Below, one piece after another: positions 50,828 to 60,001 of a DNA stretch of 64,000 nt (positions are counted from its first letter, which is position 1; the number at the start of each line of letters is the position of its first letter). A program made the position numbers and the translations under genes. The notes beneath the pieces were generated by a model. It was not told where the DNA came from, ran no database searches, and saw only the letters and a list, made by a program, of their open reading frames with translations. Source of the DNA: Vicinamibacteria bacterium (GTDB lineage Bacteria; Acidobacteriota; Vicinamibacteria; Fen-336); NCBI GenBank assembly GCA_963578825.1, contig CAUZDW010000003.1:88100-152099 (forward strand), given 5' to 3'.

Positions 50828-53005
50828 TCACCGCCTCCGGGATCCGCCCCTCGACCGGCCCGCCGAGGACCGGCCGACGGAGCCCGAGCGGGAGGAGCCC
50901 GACCGGGACACCGCACCGCGGGAGGCGCCGCTCCTGCTCCCGCCACGGCTCGACACGCTGGGTCGGGACGAACTGCTCCGCGGCCGGCTCGAGATGCTGC
51001 GAGAGGAGCCGCTTCGCGACGGGCGGCTCGACCGGCGACTCGAGATGCTGTTCGAGGAGCTGCGTGATCGGCTGGAGGCACCGCTCTGCGACGAGCGGCT
51101 CGACGGCCGACTGAAGGTCCTCGTCCGGGAGGCGCTCGCCGATCCGCTCTCCAGGCCTCGCCTCGGGCTGCTGAACGGCAGGATCGACACACCGCCGTTT
51201 CTTCGGGACGATCCGCTCGAAGGCCGGGTCGACGAGGTGCCTCGCGGCCGGCTGGACGCCCCACTACGAATTCGACTGCTGGGCGTTCGGCCCGCTGCGC
51301 TGCTGCGTGGGCGGGCGCGGGTCGAAGAATCCGATCGAGTCGGAGAGCGGGAGAGCGCGCCCCGGGGAGTCGAGGAGCGACGAGACGGCGTCGCCGCGCG
51401 ACCGCTCGCACCACTTCTCGCGCTGGAGCCGATCCACGGCAGGCTGCCCCTCGAGATCGACCGCGTGCCGCGAGGAGACGTCGTCGTCGAACGCGCCCGC
51501 GCCTGGCCAGGGCGCCCCCGGCTGGCCGACACGGCCGCGGCCGTGGCGCCGGGTGCGTTGCGAGAGCGCGCCCGGGCGGACGAACCGGTGAGGGCACTCG
51601 TTGCAACGCCGATTCCGGAGCGGCGGGTCGCGCCGGCTCTCGTGCCGGCGGCGGCCGAGCTTCCGAAGCCACCCCGAGGCATCGGGATTGCGGAGGCCCG
51701 GCCGGAGCTCCGGGACGATCCTCCCGGACGCGGGCGAGCGCTCGCCACGCTGGGCACCGCCGTGTTGCTGGCGAATGCTGCGCCAGCCCGGTTGGGCCGG
51801 GCGTGGATCGAGTCGGCCATACGCAGCCCGGTCACGCCGCTCGGGTCGACCCGGTGACGGGCCAGATTGCCACGTCCCATGTCGCCCCGGCGGACCACGT
51901 TCCAGGCCCGGCCGTGCCCGACCGATCCCCGCGGCACGGCGTAGCCCCGGTGGCCCCGAGGACCGATCGACCGCCCGTAGTGACTTCTGTGGCCTCGGTG
52001 GTGCCACGGAACGATCGGTCGGTTGTGCAGGCCCAGCGGGGACCACCCGACGTAGCCGCCGCCGACGCCCCAGCTCACCCAGGCCGCGCCCCAGACCGAT
52101 CCGGGCGACCAGTACCAGCCCACCGACGCCCTGAAGCCCCAGCGACCGTAGTGGAAGGGCGCCCAGCCCCAGGGCTCGTAGGGCACCCACGTCCAGCCGT
52201 AGGACGTCCAGGCCCAGCGTCCGTTCGAATAGGGCGTCCAGCCCACGGCCACCCGAGGCTGCCAGACGTAGCCCACCGGCGCTTCGTATCTCCAGCTGCC
52301 GTGGGTGTCGAACTCCGGTGCGTACGGAGCCAGCTCCTCGGGCAGATACCGTTGACTCCTGGCCGCCCGTGCCTCTCGCGACTCCAGGTCGGCGTCCCAC
52401 ACCGCGAAGGCGTCCGCGGTGTTGCGATCGAACGGCTCGGGCGTTGCCGGAGCCTCTCCATACCGCCCCCACGTCCGCTCGCCCCCGGCCACCTGGACAC
52501 GGCTGCCACCCGTATCGATCCCGGCCTCTCCTTCGTAGACCGAGAGCAGGGTCTCACCGTCCTCGACGTCGATGCGGACGACACCGGCGACCGCAATCTC
52601 CACCAGCCCACCGGGGGTCTCGATCTCGAAGATTGCTGCCATGGAGTTGCGCGTGCGAATGATCAGGCTGCCGGACCACAGGCGCAGCACGACCCGCCCC
52701 TCCCGACTCTCGTCGTGGGCGGAGTAGTCGAGCTTGCTGCGGGAATCGAGGCGCAGCACCGACCCTTCGGGGAACTGGAACGCAGCCCGGCCCGAAGCAT
52801 CGGTCCAGACCCGATCGCCCGGGAGGAACGGGAGGTTGGCCAACGCCTCCTCGGCCGAGACCTCGGTGGCGCGCTGCAAGCTGACGCCGGCTTCGACGCT
52901 GCGAATGAAGCCGTGTTCGTATTTTTCCTGTGCTGTCGCCGGGGTCGTGGCCAGTCCGGCCGCGGCGACGGTCAGGCTCGCAAGAGCGAGTGTGAATTGC
53001 CGCAT
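50828..53005 (-). CDS. FecR domain + DUF6600 (Trp/Tyr/Gly-rich) secreted protein with long Ser/Arg-rich tail
   Basis: Signal peptide, N.P..PGDRVWT, IETP, LSVYEGEA; WTPYSNGRW, EPWGWAPFHYGRW. Confidence 0.85.
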   Translation of the reverse strand: MRQFTLALASLTVAAAGLATTPATAQEKYEHGFIRSVEAGVSLQRATEVSAEEALANLPFLPGDRVWTDASGRAAFQFPEGSVLRLDSRSKLDYSAHDESREGRVVLRLWSGSLIIRTRNSMAAIFEIETPGGLVEIAVAGVVRIDVEDGETLLSVYEGEAGIDTGGSRVQVAGGERTWGRYGEAPATPEPFDRNTADAFAVWDADLESREARAARSQRYLPEELAPYAPEFDTHGSWRYEAPVGYVWQPRVAVGWTPYSNGRWAWTSYGWTWVPYEPWGWAPFHYGRWGFRASVGWYWSPGSVWGAAWVSWGVGGGYVGWSPLGLHNRPIVPWHHRGHRSHYGRSIGPRGHRGYAVPRGSVGHGRAWNVVRRGDMGRGNLARHRVDPSGVTGLRMADSIHARPNRAGAAFASNTAVPSVASARPRPGGSSRSSGRASAIPMPRGGFGSSAAAGTRAGATRRSGIGVATSALTGSSARARSRNAPGATAAAVSASRGRPGQARARSTTTSPRGTRSISRGSLPWIGSSARSGASGRAATPSRRSSTPRGALSRSPTRSDSSTRARPRSSAAGRTPSSRIRSGASSRPRGTSSTRPSSGSSRRNGGVSILPFSSPRRGLESGSASASRTRTFSRPSSRSSQSGASSRSRSSSNSISSRRSSRPSRSGSSRSISSRPRSSSSRPSVSSRGGSRSGASRGAVSRSGSSRSGSVGRSSAGRSRGGSRRR

Positions 53006-53052
53006 GACTGTCCGCCTTCCGGGAGTCCCCGTGACTCCTGCAGCCCTGTAAT

Positions 53053-53069
53053 GGCAAGGGCCGTGCCGG
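53053..53069 (-). promoter_or_regulatory. Sigma-54 (-24/-12) promoter of the FecR/DUF6600 gene
   Basis: Minus strand CCGGCACGGCCCTTGCC = GG-N10-GC with GGCACG and TTGC, about 50 bp upstream of the ATG. Confidence 0.65.
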
Positions 53070-53228
53070 CCGTGCCTCCAGTGTAAAGCCTGTAAGGTCA
53101 GAGGCCTCGACCGATGACCCACAGCACGGGGTGTCCTGAAGCGTGAGCATATCGTCCTCTCCGCACCACGAATCCGCATCCGCTTGAAGCGTCAGCAGTT
53201 CCTTGTTACTCTGCCCTTTCGCGGCTAT

Positions 53229-53315
53229 GCCGGAGTGGCGGAATTGGCAGACGCGCACGGTTCAGGGCCGTGTTAGCTTCGGCTAGTGTGGGTTCAAGTC
53301 CCACCTCCGGCACCA
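53229..53315 (+). tRNA. tRNA-Leu (anticodon CAG)
   Basis: 87 nt; acceptor stem GCCGGAG/CTCCGGC; anticodon arm CACGG-TTCAGGG-CCGTG; long variable arm; GTTCAAGTC; encoded CCA. Confidence 0.97.
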
Positions 53316-53481
53316 GTCGCGCGCTTGAGCCTCAACACCTTCTGCGCCCGCCGAAGGTGGCTGTGCCGGTATTGTGCCGGTCCTCATCCTGCCCATGTTG
53401 ACGACGTTGCGTTCCTTGGGCTGCGTCTCCAGCCAAGTCTCAGCGGTCTGAAGAGCCGTGGCGGTCTCGGTTTCCTCGATG
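53292..53481 (+). repeat. 190-bp direct repeat copy 1 (att core, arm-type repeats and integrase 3' remnant)
   Basis: Aligns without gaps to 60143-60332 (offset 6851). Confidence 0.95.
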
Positions 53482-53801
53482 GGCTACGAACCACTCGTGC
53501 GCCCGAAACGGCCTGAACAACCTCTCCCGACGAACAATCAAAGAAAATCCGCCCGCCGAGGTCTCCCCCCGCCTATAATCGGCACACTCGATGGGTGAGG
53601 TGCGACACAGACCGTAGACTGCTCACCCCAGCAGGTTTGTCCTGAGGGGATACTGGCGGAAGCAAACATGGCCGCACGCTGTGATTGTGGTCACTCTGGC
53701 CAGTGTGCCCGGTATGAGCGCTTTGCGAGGGAGGTACCCAACCTCCTTCGAGGAGACATGCATGGGATTTCTGCCTTGATCGGACACGCTGCGGGTGTTT
53801 C

Positions 53802-54311
53802 ATGGCGATGAACGCCGGAGAATCCGGTGCTGTGCCCAGAGTTGCCTGCGCTCCGGTCCTCAGATCGAGCGCCCCGGCCCTCGCGGCGGTACGTCGAGTG
53901 CTCTTCGGAGTGGCCGCCATCATCACGGTAACCTCGATCATAGGCCCCCTAGCGGAGCAGGCGAGAGCCTATCAGCTCTCTAGTCTCGCCTACGATCTCG
54001 ATTGGTGGGTTTGCCATCAGCTTCCGTCGCGGTCTTTCTGGCTGTTCGGGCGACCGCTGGGCGTCTGTATCCGGTGCAGCGGGCTCTACCTAGGTATCCT
54101 GGTGGGTGCCGCGCTACACGCGACCGGGTGGGTTGTCTCGCGACGCTCAGCCGCGATGCTCGTACTCTCGATGCTGGCCCACGTGAGTTTCCAGGCATCC
54201 ACAGGGATGGTGATTCACCCTTTTCGGTTCATGACAGGAATCATGGCCGGGGCCGGCATCTGGGCGTTGCTAATGTCGTCTGCCAGGAAGGATGCCCCGT
54301 TCGCAACATAG
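53802..54311 (+). CDS. DUF2085 family membrane protein
   Basis: CHQLPSRSF..G..LGVCIRCSGLYLG and R..TG motifs. Confidence 0.8.
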   Translation: MAMNAGESGAVPRVACAPVLRSSAPALAAVRRVLFGVAAIITVTSIIGPLAEQARAYQLSSLAYDLDWWVCHQLPSRSFWLFGRPLGVCIRCSGLYLGILVGAALHATGWVVSRRSAAMLVLSMLAHVSFQASTGMVIHPFRFMTGIMAGAGIWALLMSSARKDAPFAT

Positions 54312-54367
54312 AGTTGGCATCGACTTGCGCGCTTGCACTCTGCACATCTCAATAGGAGATCCTAGAA

Positions 54368-54898
54368 ATGACGAAACGCATGCGGACGTTTGTTGCAGTG
54401 ACTATGGCGGCCTGCCTTGCGGCCGTGACCATGACGCCGTCTCTGCCTATCAGCGCGGCGCAGAAGACGGTGACAATGCCGGACGGCTTGGCCCTGGTGG
54501 TCAAGAACAGAGCGATGATTGTCGCGAAGCGGGCCACGCCTGGCGAGATCATCGCGTTTTCGGTAGCGCACGATCTCGTGGTTGACGGAGCCGTCGTGAT
54601 AGCTGCCGGAACGACCGCTCTTGGGCACGTCATCGAAGCTCGCGGACAAGGTGCCATTGGCAAGGCCGGGGAAGTGATCGTCGGAATCGACACGACGACC
54701 GCTGTTGACGGACAGCAGATCGTGTTGCGTGGGACCGCCGGCCGAGAGGGTGACTCGAAGGCGGTGAGTTCGATTGCGCTCGGTGCGATTCTGTGTCCGC
54801 TCTTCTTACTCAAGAAGGGTGAGAAGGGCGACATGCCGGCCAACTCCGAGTTCAAGGTGTACACAGAGAACCCCTACGAGATCGAGGTGGCTTCGTAG
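54368..54898 (+). CDS. Secreted protein, possibly TrbI/VirB10-like beta domain
   Basis: AGGAG RBS, signal peptide, V.VDG.VVI.AGT...G.V, GK.G, AVDG, hydrophobic hairpin before LLKKG. Confidence 0.6.
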   Translation: MTKRMRTFVAVTMAACLAAVTMTPSLPISAAQKTVTMPDGLALVVKNRAMIVAKRATPGEIIAFSVAHDLVVDGAVVIAAGTTALGHVIEARGQGAIGKAGEVIVGIDTTTAVDGQQIVLRGTAGREGDSKAVSSIALGAILCPLFLLKKGEKGDMPANSEFKVYTENPYEIEVAS

Positions 54899-54965
54899 GC
54901 GTTCTCGTTCCGTAACATGTGGACTCTCCGGAGGAGGTGATCGTCTGGTCTTCGGTCGAGCGACG

Positions 54966-55658
54966 ATGTCTCCAGCACGCCTGGGGTGGTCCTTCTCGTG
55001 GGTCATCTTGGTTGCCGGTGTCTCGGCGCCGCTGGCTAGCACGGCAGACGGGAACTCTCAGGAGGCGTCTGCTCCCGAGCACCTTCTTGCGAGGGTGCAG
55101 CAGCGGTACCGGGAGGCTAGCGATCTTCGGGCGAGGTTCACTCAGCGCACTACGCCGCGGCCGGGCGGGTTGACATCCGTCGCGGAGGGGAGCTGGTTCA
55201 GTCGGCCGCCCGGGCTCATACGCATCGAGTATGCGTCGACTGGTCGACTCTTCGTGGCCGACGGCGAGGCCTTGTACTGGTACTTGCCGAGAGACAACCA
55301 AGTGCAGGTTCTAGCCCAATCGGCACTGGACCCGAGCCAGACGCCGCTACTCTACCTAGCTGGGGCGGGAAATCTGAAGCTCGATTTTCGCGTCTCGCGA
55401 GCCAACTGGAGGGAAACGCTGCGCCCGGGCAATGTTCAACTTCGGCTCGACCCTGTGCGGCAGGGCGCGAGGTTTTCGCACTTGTTGCTTGAGATAGAGC
55501 TTGACAAGGCCGCAGTCGTCCGCTTGGCGTGGAGCGGTCTCCTTGGCGAGTTGACGGAGCTTCGATTCCGTGACGTGGAGTTCGATGTTGGTCTCTCAGG
55601 CGAGGCGTTTCGCTTTGTGCTGCCAACGGACGCACGTGTTGAGCGCCTCAGAGATTGA
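54966..55658 (+). CDS. lolA: Outer-membrane lipoprotein carrier LolA-like
   Basis: Signal peptide, VQQRY, ARFTQ, RPPG..R.EY, VADG..L..Y.P...QV, TP...L, F.F..P. Confidence 0.8.
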   Translation: MSPARLGWSFSWVILVAGVSAPLASTADGNSQEASAPEHLLARVQQRYREASDLRARFTQRTTPRPGGLTSVAEGSWFSRPPGLIRIEYASTGRLFVADGEALYWYLPRDNQVQVLAQSALDPSQTPLLYLAGAGNLKLDFRVSRANWRETLRPGNVQLRLDPVRQGARFSHLLLEIELDKAAVVRLAWSGLLGELTELRFRDVEFDVGLSGEAFRFVLPTDARVERLRD

Positions 55659-55660
55659 AC

Positions 55661-56950
55661 ATGATCAGCCGGTCTACAAGGGCCCAGCCGGGGTTCCTCG
55701 AGCGCTGGCTGGAGCACGATTTTCGGCTCCTCGTCGCGGTGCGCTACTTCCGTGCCGGGAGGAGGGACGCCTTCACCGGTGCCGTTGCGGCTGCATCGGT
55801 TCTGGGCATCGTGGTCGGCGTTTCGGCACTGATCCTAGGGCTTGCCTTGCTCACGGGATTCCAAGAGGACATTCAGGAGAGGATCGTCGGTGCAACCGCG
55901 CACATCGTAGTCAGCGCGAGTGGACCAACGCTAGCCGAGTACCACCAGGTCGCCGCCGTTGCCAGAGCGCTGCCGGGCGTCCTTGCGGCCTCGCCGGCGA
56001 TCTCGACCGTGGCACTGGTCGAAGGCGTGGCCCGTGATCCGCGCGTCGTGAGTCTTAAGGGCGTCGACGCGCTCCCAGAGAATCGTACGACCCGCCTCCT
56101 CGATCACATCGTCGAAGGATCGGCTGACGGGCTTCTGGACAGCCAGGGTGGTTATCCCGGAATTGTGCTAGGCCACGAACTCGCCAGCGCGCTAGCGGTA
56201 GGGGTCGGCGATAGGACCAAAGTCACGATTCAGTCAGCGACGATGGCAACGCCTTTCTTGGGAGGAGGGATTCGGATACGTTACTTCGAGGTGGTCGCGA
56301 TCTATGACGCGGGCATGTTCGAATACGACGCGGCGTGGGCTCTAATCTCGCTACGCGAGGCTCGGAGTCTTGTGGAGGTTGACGGGGAGGGCACAACGGT
56401 CGAGGTGCGCATCGCCGACATCTTCGGGACCCGAAGAGTGGTGGAAGCACTAGCCGGAAAGATCGATGAGGAGTACCTGGTAGTCGACTGGAAGCGAGCG
56501 AACGAGACATTCTTCGCCGCGCTACGCCTCGAGAAGCTAGCGTTCTTCTTCATCGTCGGTTTGATCATGGCTGTGGCCGCGCTGAACATCGTCTCCACCC
56601 TGATCCTGAGCATCAAGGACAAGCAACACGACATTGGAGTACTGATGTCATTGGGCGCGACTCGTAACGACATCCTTCGCGTGTTCACCTGGCAGGGTGC
56701 GTTGGTAGGGTCGGTCGGCACGAGTCTTGGCGGCGCGCTCGGGGTCGGATCGGCGTGGGCGCTCGACCGATACGAACTCATCCGGCTCGATGCCGAGGTC
56801 TACTACCTCTCCTACCTGCCGTTTCAGGTGCGGTGGCAGGACTTCGCGGCTGTTTCCGGCATCTCGCTGTTGATTTGCTTTCTCGCGACACTGTATCCGT
56901 CTCGGCGAGCAGGGAGACTCAGGCCAACAACTCTTCTGCGACGCGAGTAG
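55661..56950 (+). CDS. Lipoprotein-releasing ABC permease LolC/E(F)-like
   Basis: A.RY.R...R..F, SVLGI.VGV.ALI, GFQ, ALRLEK, VAALNIVSTL, K..DIGVL.SLGA, VYYLSYLP, ATLYP. Confidence 0.88.
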   Translation: MISRSTRAQPGFLERWLEHDFRLLVAVRYFRAGRRDAFTGAVAAASVLGIVVGVSALILGLALLTGFQEDIQERIVGATAHIVVSASGPTLAEYHQVAAVARALPGVLAASPAISTVALVEGVARDPRVVSLKGVDALPENRTTRLLDHIVEGSADGLLDSQGGYPGIVLGHELASALAVGVGDRTKVTIQSATMATPFLGGGIRIRYFEVVAIYDAGMFEYDAAWALISLREARSLVEVDGEGTTVEVRIADIFGTRRVVEALAGKIDEEYLVVDWKRANETFFAALRLEKLAFFFIVGLIMAVAALNIVSTLILSIKDKQHDIGVLMSLGATRNDILRVFTWQGALVGSVGTSLGGALGVGSAWALDRYELIRLDAEVYYLSYLPFQVRWQDFAAVSGISLLICFLATLYPSRRAGRLRPTTLLRRE

Positions 56951-56953
56951 TCC

Positions 56954-57637
56954 ATGCGCAAGGTCGTCCTGAGTGCCGACAGCATTTCAAAGAGGTATCG
57001 GTCGGGCTCCGTCTCGCTAGAAGTTCTCAATGAATGCAGCCTGCAACTGAATGCTGGCGAGAGCTTGGCGATCATCGGACCGAGTGGAGTAGGCAAGAGC
57101 ACGTTGCTGCACCTATTGGCCGGCCTCGATGAGCCTGATAGCGGGACGCTTGTCTTCGCCGGACGCGACCTGGCGGAGTTGTCCGAAGCAGAAGTCGCGA
57201 CCTTGCGCAATCGGTATCTCGGCATGGTGTTTCAGTCCTACCATTTGATGGCGGACTTCACTGCATTGCAGAACGTGATGATGCCGTTGTTGATCGCTGG
57301 GAATCGAGGGAGCGCTCGGCGGCGCGCACTTGATCTGCTGGCGGAGTGTGGCCTTGCAGAGCGTTCTCAACACTACCCGGAGGAATTGTCCGGCGGAGAG
57401 AAGCAGCGCGTAGCCATAGCCAGGGCGTTGGTGATAGAACCCGAAGTCGTGCTTGCGGACGAACCCACCGGCAATTTGGACCATGATAGCGCCGTCCGCG
57501 TCACGGACTTGTTTCGCCGGTTGCGCGCCTCTTGCGGCACGGCCACGATCATGGTCACTCACAACCCGGCGCTGGCCGCGGGATTCGATCGCGTGCTGGC
57601 GATGCAGCCTGGGGGTCGCTTGCGTGCGTTCGCCTAG
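56954..57637 (+). CDS. lolD: ABC ATPase LolD-like
   Basis: GPSGVGKS, LRNR.LG.VFQ.YHL..DFTA..NV.MP, LSGGEKQR, DEPTGNLD. Confidence 0.85.
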   Translation: MRKVVLSADSISKRYRSGSVSLEVLNECSLQLNAGESLAIIGPSGVGKSTLLHLLAGLDEPDSGTLVFAGRDLAELSEAEVATLRNRYLGMVFQSYHLMADFTALQNVMMPLLIAGNRGSARRRALDLLAECGLAERSQHYPEELSGGEKQRVAIARALVIEPEVVLADEPTGNLDHDSAVRVTDLFRRLRASCGTATIMVTHNPALAAGFDRVLAMQPGGRLRAFA

Positions 57638-58472
57638 GCGACAGGGCTCCTGTCGTCAGTTGGTTCCCGCCTGGGCGTTAGTCCTTGCCGGTGCTGGGTG
57701 CGGTGGCGGATGGGTGAGAGACCACCCGCACGTTGCTCGACGAGCGCAGGCAGTCCCTGCGGAAATCGTCCTGCAGACCCTGCGATACTCGGACATCCCC
57801 GAGAGCCTCGCAGGCTCCTACTCGGTGCGGGTAGCGAAGGGTGTCGGGCGGCGCAGTGTCTCCACCTCGATTTCCGTGCGGCGGCCCAGAGAGCTGGATC
57901 TGGTCGTGCTTGATCCGGCCGGCGGCATCAAGGCTTTCATACGGTCTGATGGATCCGAGTTGGGTGTCTACGCAGCAGACGAGGGCATTCTGTACCGTGG
58001 CCCGGTAGATCGAGCAGGAAGCGACGTCCTCGGACTCGGAGTGTCTATCGAGGAATTCACGGGAATTCTCGTTGGCCTCGGCATCGAGCCCTCCAAGTTG
58101 CGCGAAGGAGCGAGTTCGTGGGATGCGAGGCATCAGCGTGTCCGCGTTGATCATGGCCCTGACGTAAGGGCCTGGATCCATCCGCTGAGCCGCCGTGTAG
58201 ACCGCGTGGAGTACTACGGTTCCCGGGCTCACGTGGTCGTCGATATCGGCGAGTGGACCGAACAGACGCCGCCGATACCGAGCCGGATTCGATTCTCCGT
58301 TGAGTCGGACAGCTACTCCGTCGAACTGACCCTCATGGGGCGCGCCCTAACCGACCCAGTGTTTCCTGCTGCCTACTTCCGTCTTATCGTGCCTCCTGGA
58401 ACGCGCGAACTGCCCCTGTCAGGGTTGGGTCGGTGGCATGGGCTGGACCCTGCCGATGTACCTTCCTCATAG
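57624..58472 (+). CDS. Putative lipoprotein, LolB/DUF4292-like fold (start uncertain, 57624 or 57660)
   Basis: Basic N-region then WALVLAGAG-C (Cys 57699); beta-rich pattern RRP..L.L.V.DP.G, SDG, LG..V...E...ILVG; last gene of the lol-like operon. Confidence 0.6.
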   Translation: MRSPRRQGSCRQLVPAWALVLAGAGCGGGWVRDHPHVARRAQAVPAEIVLQTLRYSDIPESLAGSYSVRVAKGVGRRSVSTSISVRRPRELDLVVLDPAGGIKAFIRSDGSELGVYAADEGILYRGPVDRAGSDVLGLGVSIEEFTGILVGLGIEPSKLREGASSWDARHQRVRVDHGPDVRAWIHPLSRRVDRVEYYGSRAHVVVDIGEWTEQTPPIPSRIRFSVESDSYSVELTLMGRALTDPVFPAAYFRLIVPPGTRELPLSGLGRWHGLDPADVPSS

Positions 58473-58493
58473 ACGACGTAACTCCAAGGCCCA

Positions 58494-58944
58494 GGCGCTA
58501 TCGAGAATTGATCCACCTCTGCTAACGAGAAGAGGACCAGGCCGCGGTTCAGGAGGCAGAAGTGGCGACGAGCTGCCTCTGGCGGCAAAGGTCATTGCGT
58601 GCTTTGGGATTGACAAGTTGGCGCGAAGGCCTAGCTTCTATAGGGCCGCACGATGCCGGCGGGCTGGCGTTGCGTGGCCGCCGGGGACTTGCTGAGCTGC
58701 CCAAGGGCTCGGCCGTGGGTTGGGTTTGTACGTTGGTGGTCGTCGCCGCGCGAGTCGGACCGCTGCGTGGCTTGCGGCCTCCCGTCAGTCCAAGCCGCCT
58801 GGAGCCCTGGCAGGTGCTGCGCGCCTCGAACGGCCACGCGCCTGCGGCGCGGAGGATGACCCTCAGTCTCCCCCGCCTGATTAGACCCGTTCCAAGCGTG
58901 GGTCACTCTTGCCGAGCAGAGGTGGGTCATTCCTGGCTAGCGCC
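58494..58944. mobile_element. Non-autonomous IS derivative (MITE-like), IS21-like end motifs
   Basis: Imperfect terminal inverted repeats GGCGCTATCGAGAATTGATCCACCTCTGCT vs revcomp GGCGCTAGCCAGGAATGACCCACCTCTGCT; 24-bp tandem sub-repeats at 58898-58945; no transposase. Confidence 0.75.
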
Positions 58945-59937
58945 AGGGCTCAAGGAGCGAAAACCAGCGGCGGGGGGCGAGGGGAGCGTAGGTAATACAA
59001 GGGCGGTTCGCCCGTCGCCCCGCGTCCTGTGGTTCGCCAAAACGCCAACGCCGGCTGAACTGGCCTGCTGACCGGGGTGAGCGGCGCCGAGCCAGCCGGG
59101 AACGCAGTTGAGGAGGAGCGTTCTTGGGTCCGCAGGGGCGGTCGCCCTTCGCTCGCAGAGACACCTCCGCCGGAGCTTCAGGCGTCCATTTGAGTTGAGA
59201 GCTGCGCCAATAGCCTACCGAGTTCGCGTTGTAGGGTTCTTTGGCCGCCTCGGTAGGCGTTTCGCGACGACCTGGCCTTGCCTTCCAGTGTTCGGGGTCC
59301 GGTTGAGTGTTCCGACGGTCGCCACCGCCTGCCGCCGTCGCCGTTCCCCCGTCCACCCGTTCACCATACGCCTCCATTACTTCGTTCTGCGCGGTTTGAG
59401 ATTCCCGCACACGAGAGCCCGCGACCATCATCCCGTTGTTCACCACCTGCTGTGCGGCGATGTTCGCCTGCTTCGTGAAGATGGGCGGCGTTTTAAGCTC
59501 TGCAAGAGCCTCACAGGTAGTCCGGCATTGGGACTGGGCCTTGAGGGCGAGTTTCAGGTAGCTCTCGAAGTGGTCCATTAGCCGCGTCTTGCTCGCCTTG
59601 TACGCCAGGTTCACGAAGACCGCGTTCAAGGTGACTGTCTGTGCCGTGAGCAGGGCTTCCACGTCGCCAAGATCCCCGGCGTTCACACGCTCCGCAGCGT
59701 CTACGATGCAGTTGAGAGTGGAAGTGAGGTCTACCGTTTTCTCGACCTTCCCAAAGGGATAGCCGGACCACTCCCGGGCGACTGCCGCGTTGGGTGCAAG
59801 TCCAGCGACAAGTAGGGAGGCGTTCGCTTCCTGAGGAGTCTGCTTGGGCTGAAGCTTGCCTTCGAGCACGTTGGGCGTGCGCTTAGCCACGGCCCGCTTG
59901 GCCGAGGGAACGATGTGCCCTTCTTCCTGCTAGCCAT
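58937..59937 (-). CDS. Hypothetical protein typical of integrative elements (apparent frameshift near 59905; 3' end uncertain)
   Basis: GAGGAGG RBS and ATG 59937 out of frame with ORF 58937-59890. Core GDL..VE..L.AQ...L, YL.LALKAQ.QCR.T.E.LA, QANIA.QQVVNNG. Confidence 0.7.
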
Positions 59938-60001
59938 ACACCTCCTCAACTGTTCTAGAAATGGGCTAGAACCTTGGGGTCACGATTACCCGCAACCAGG
60001 C

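Noticed and set aside
53520-53800. Riboswitch upstream of island cargo
   Set aside because: Only short stems (GGGTGAG/CTCACCC, GGAGGT/ACCTCC) and no recognisable aptamer consensus
58562-59071. ORFs within or across the 451-bp element as transposase
   Set aside because: No DDE, IstA or IstB motifs recognisable
59040-59115. Integron attC-like site (minus strand ends GTTCAGCCGGCGTTGGCG)
   Set aside because: R box deviates from GTTRRRY, there is no convincing complementary left half, and no integron integrase
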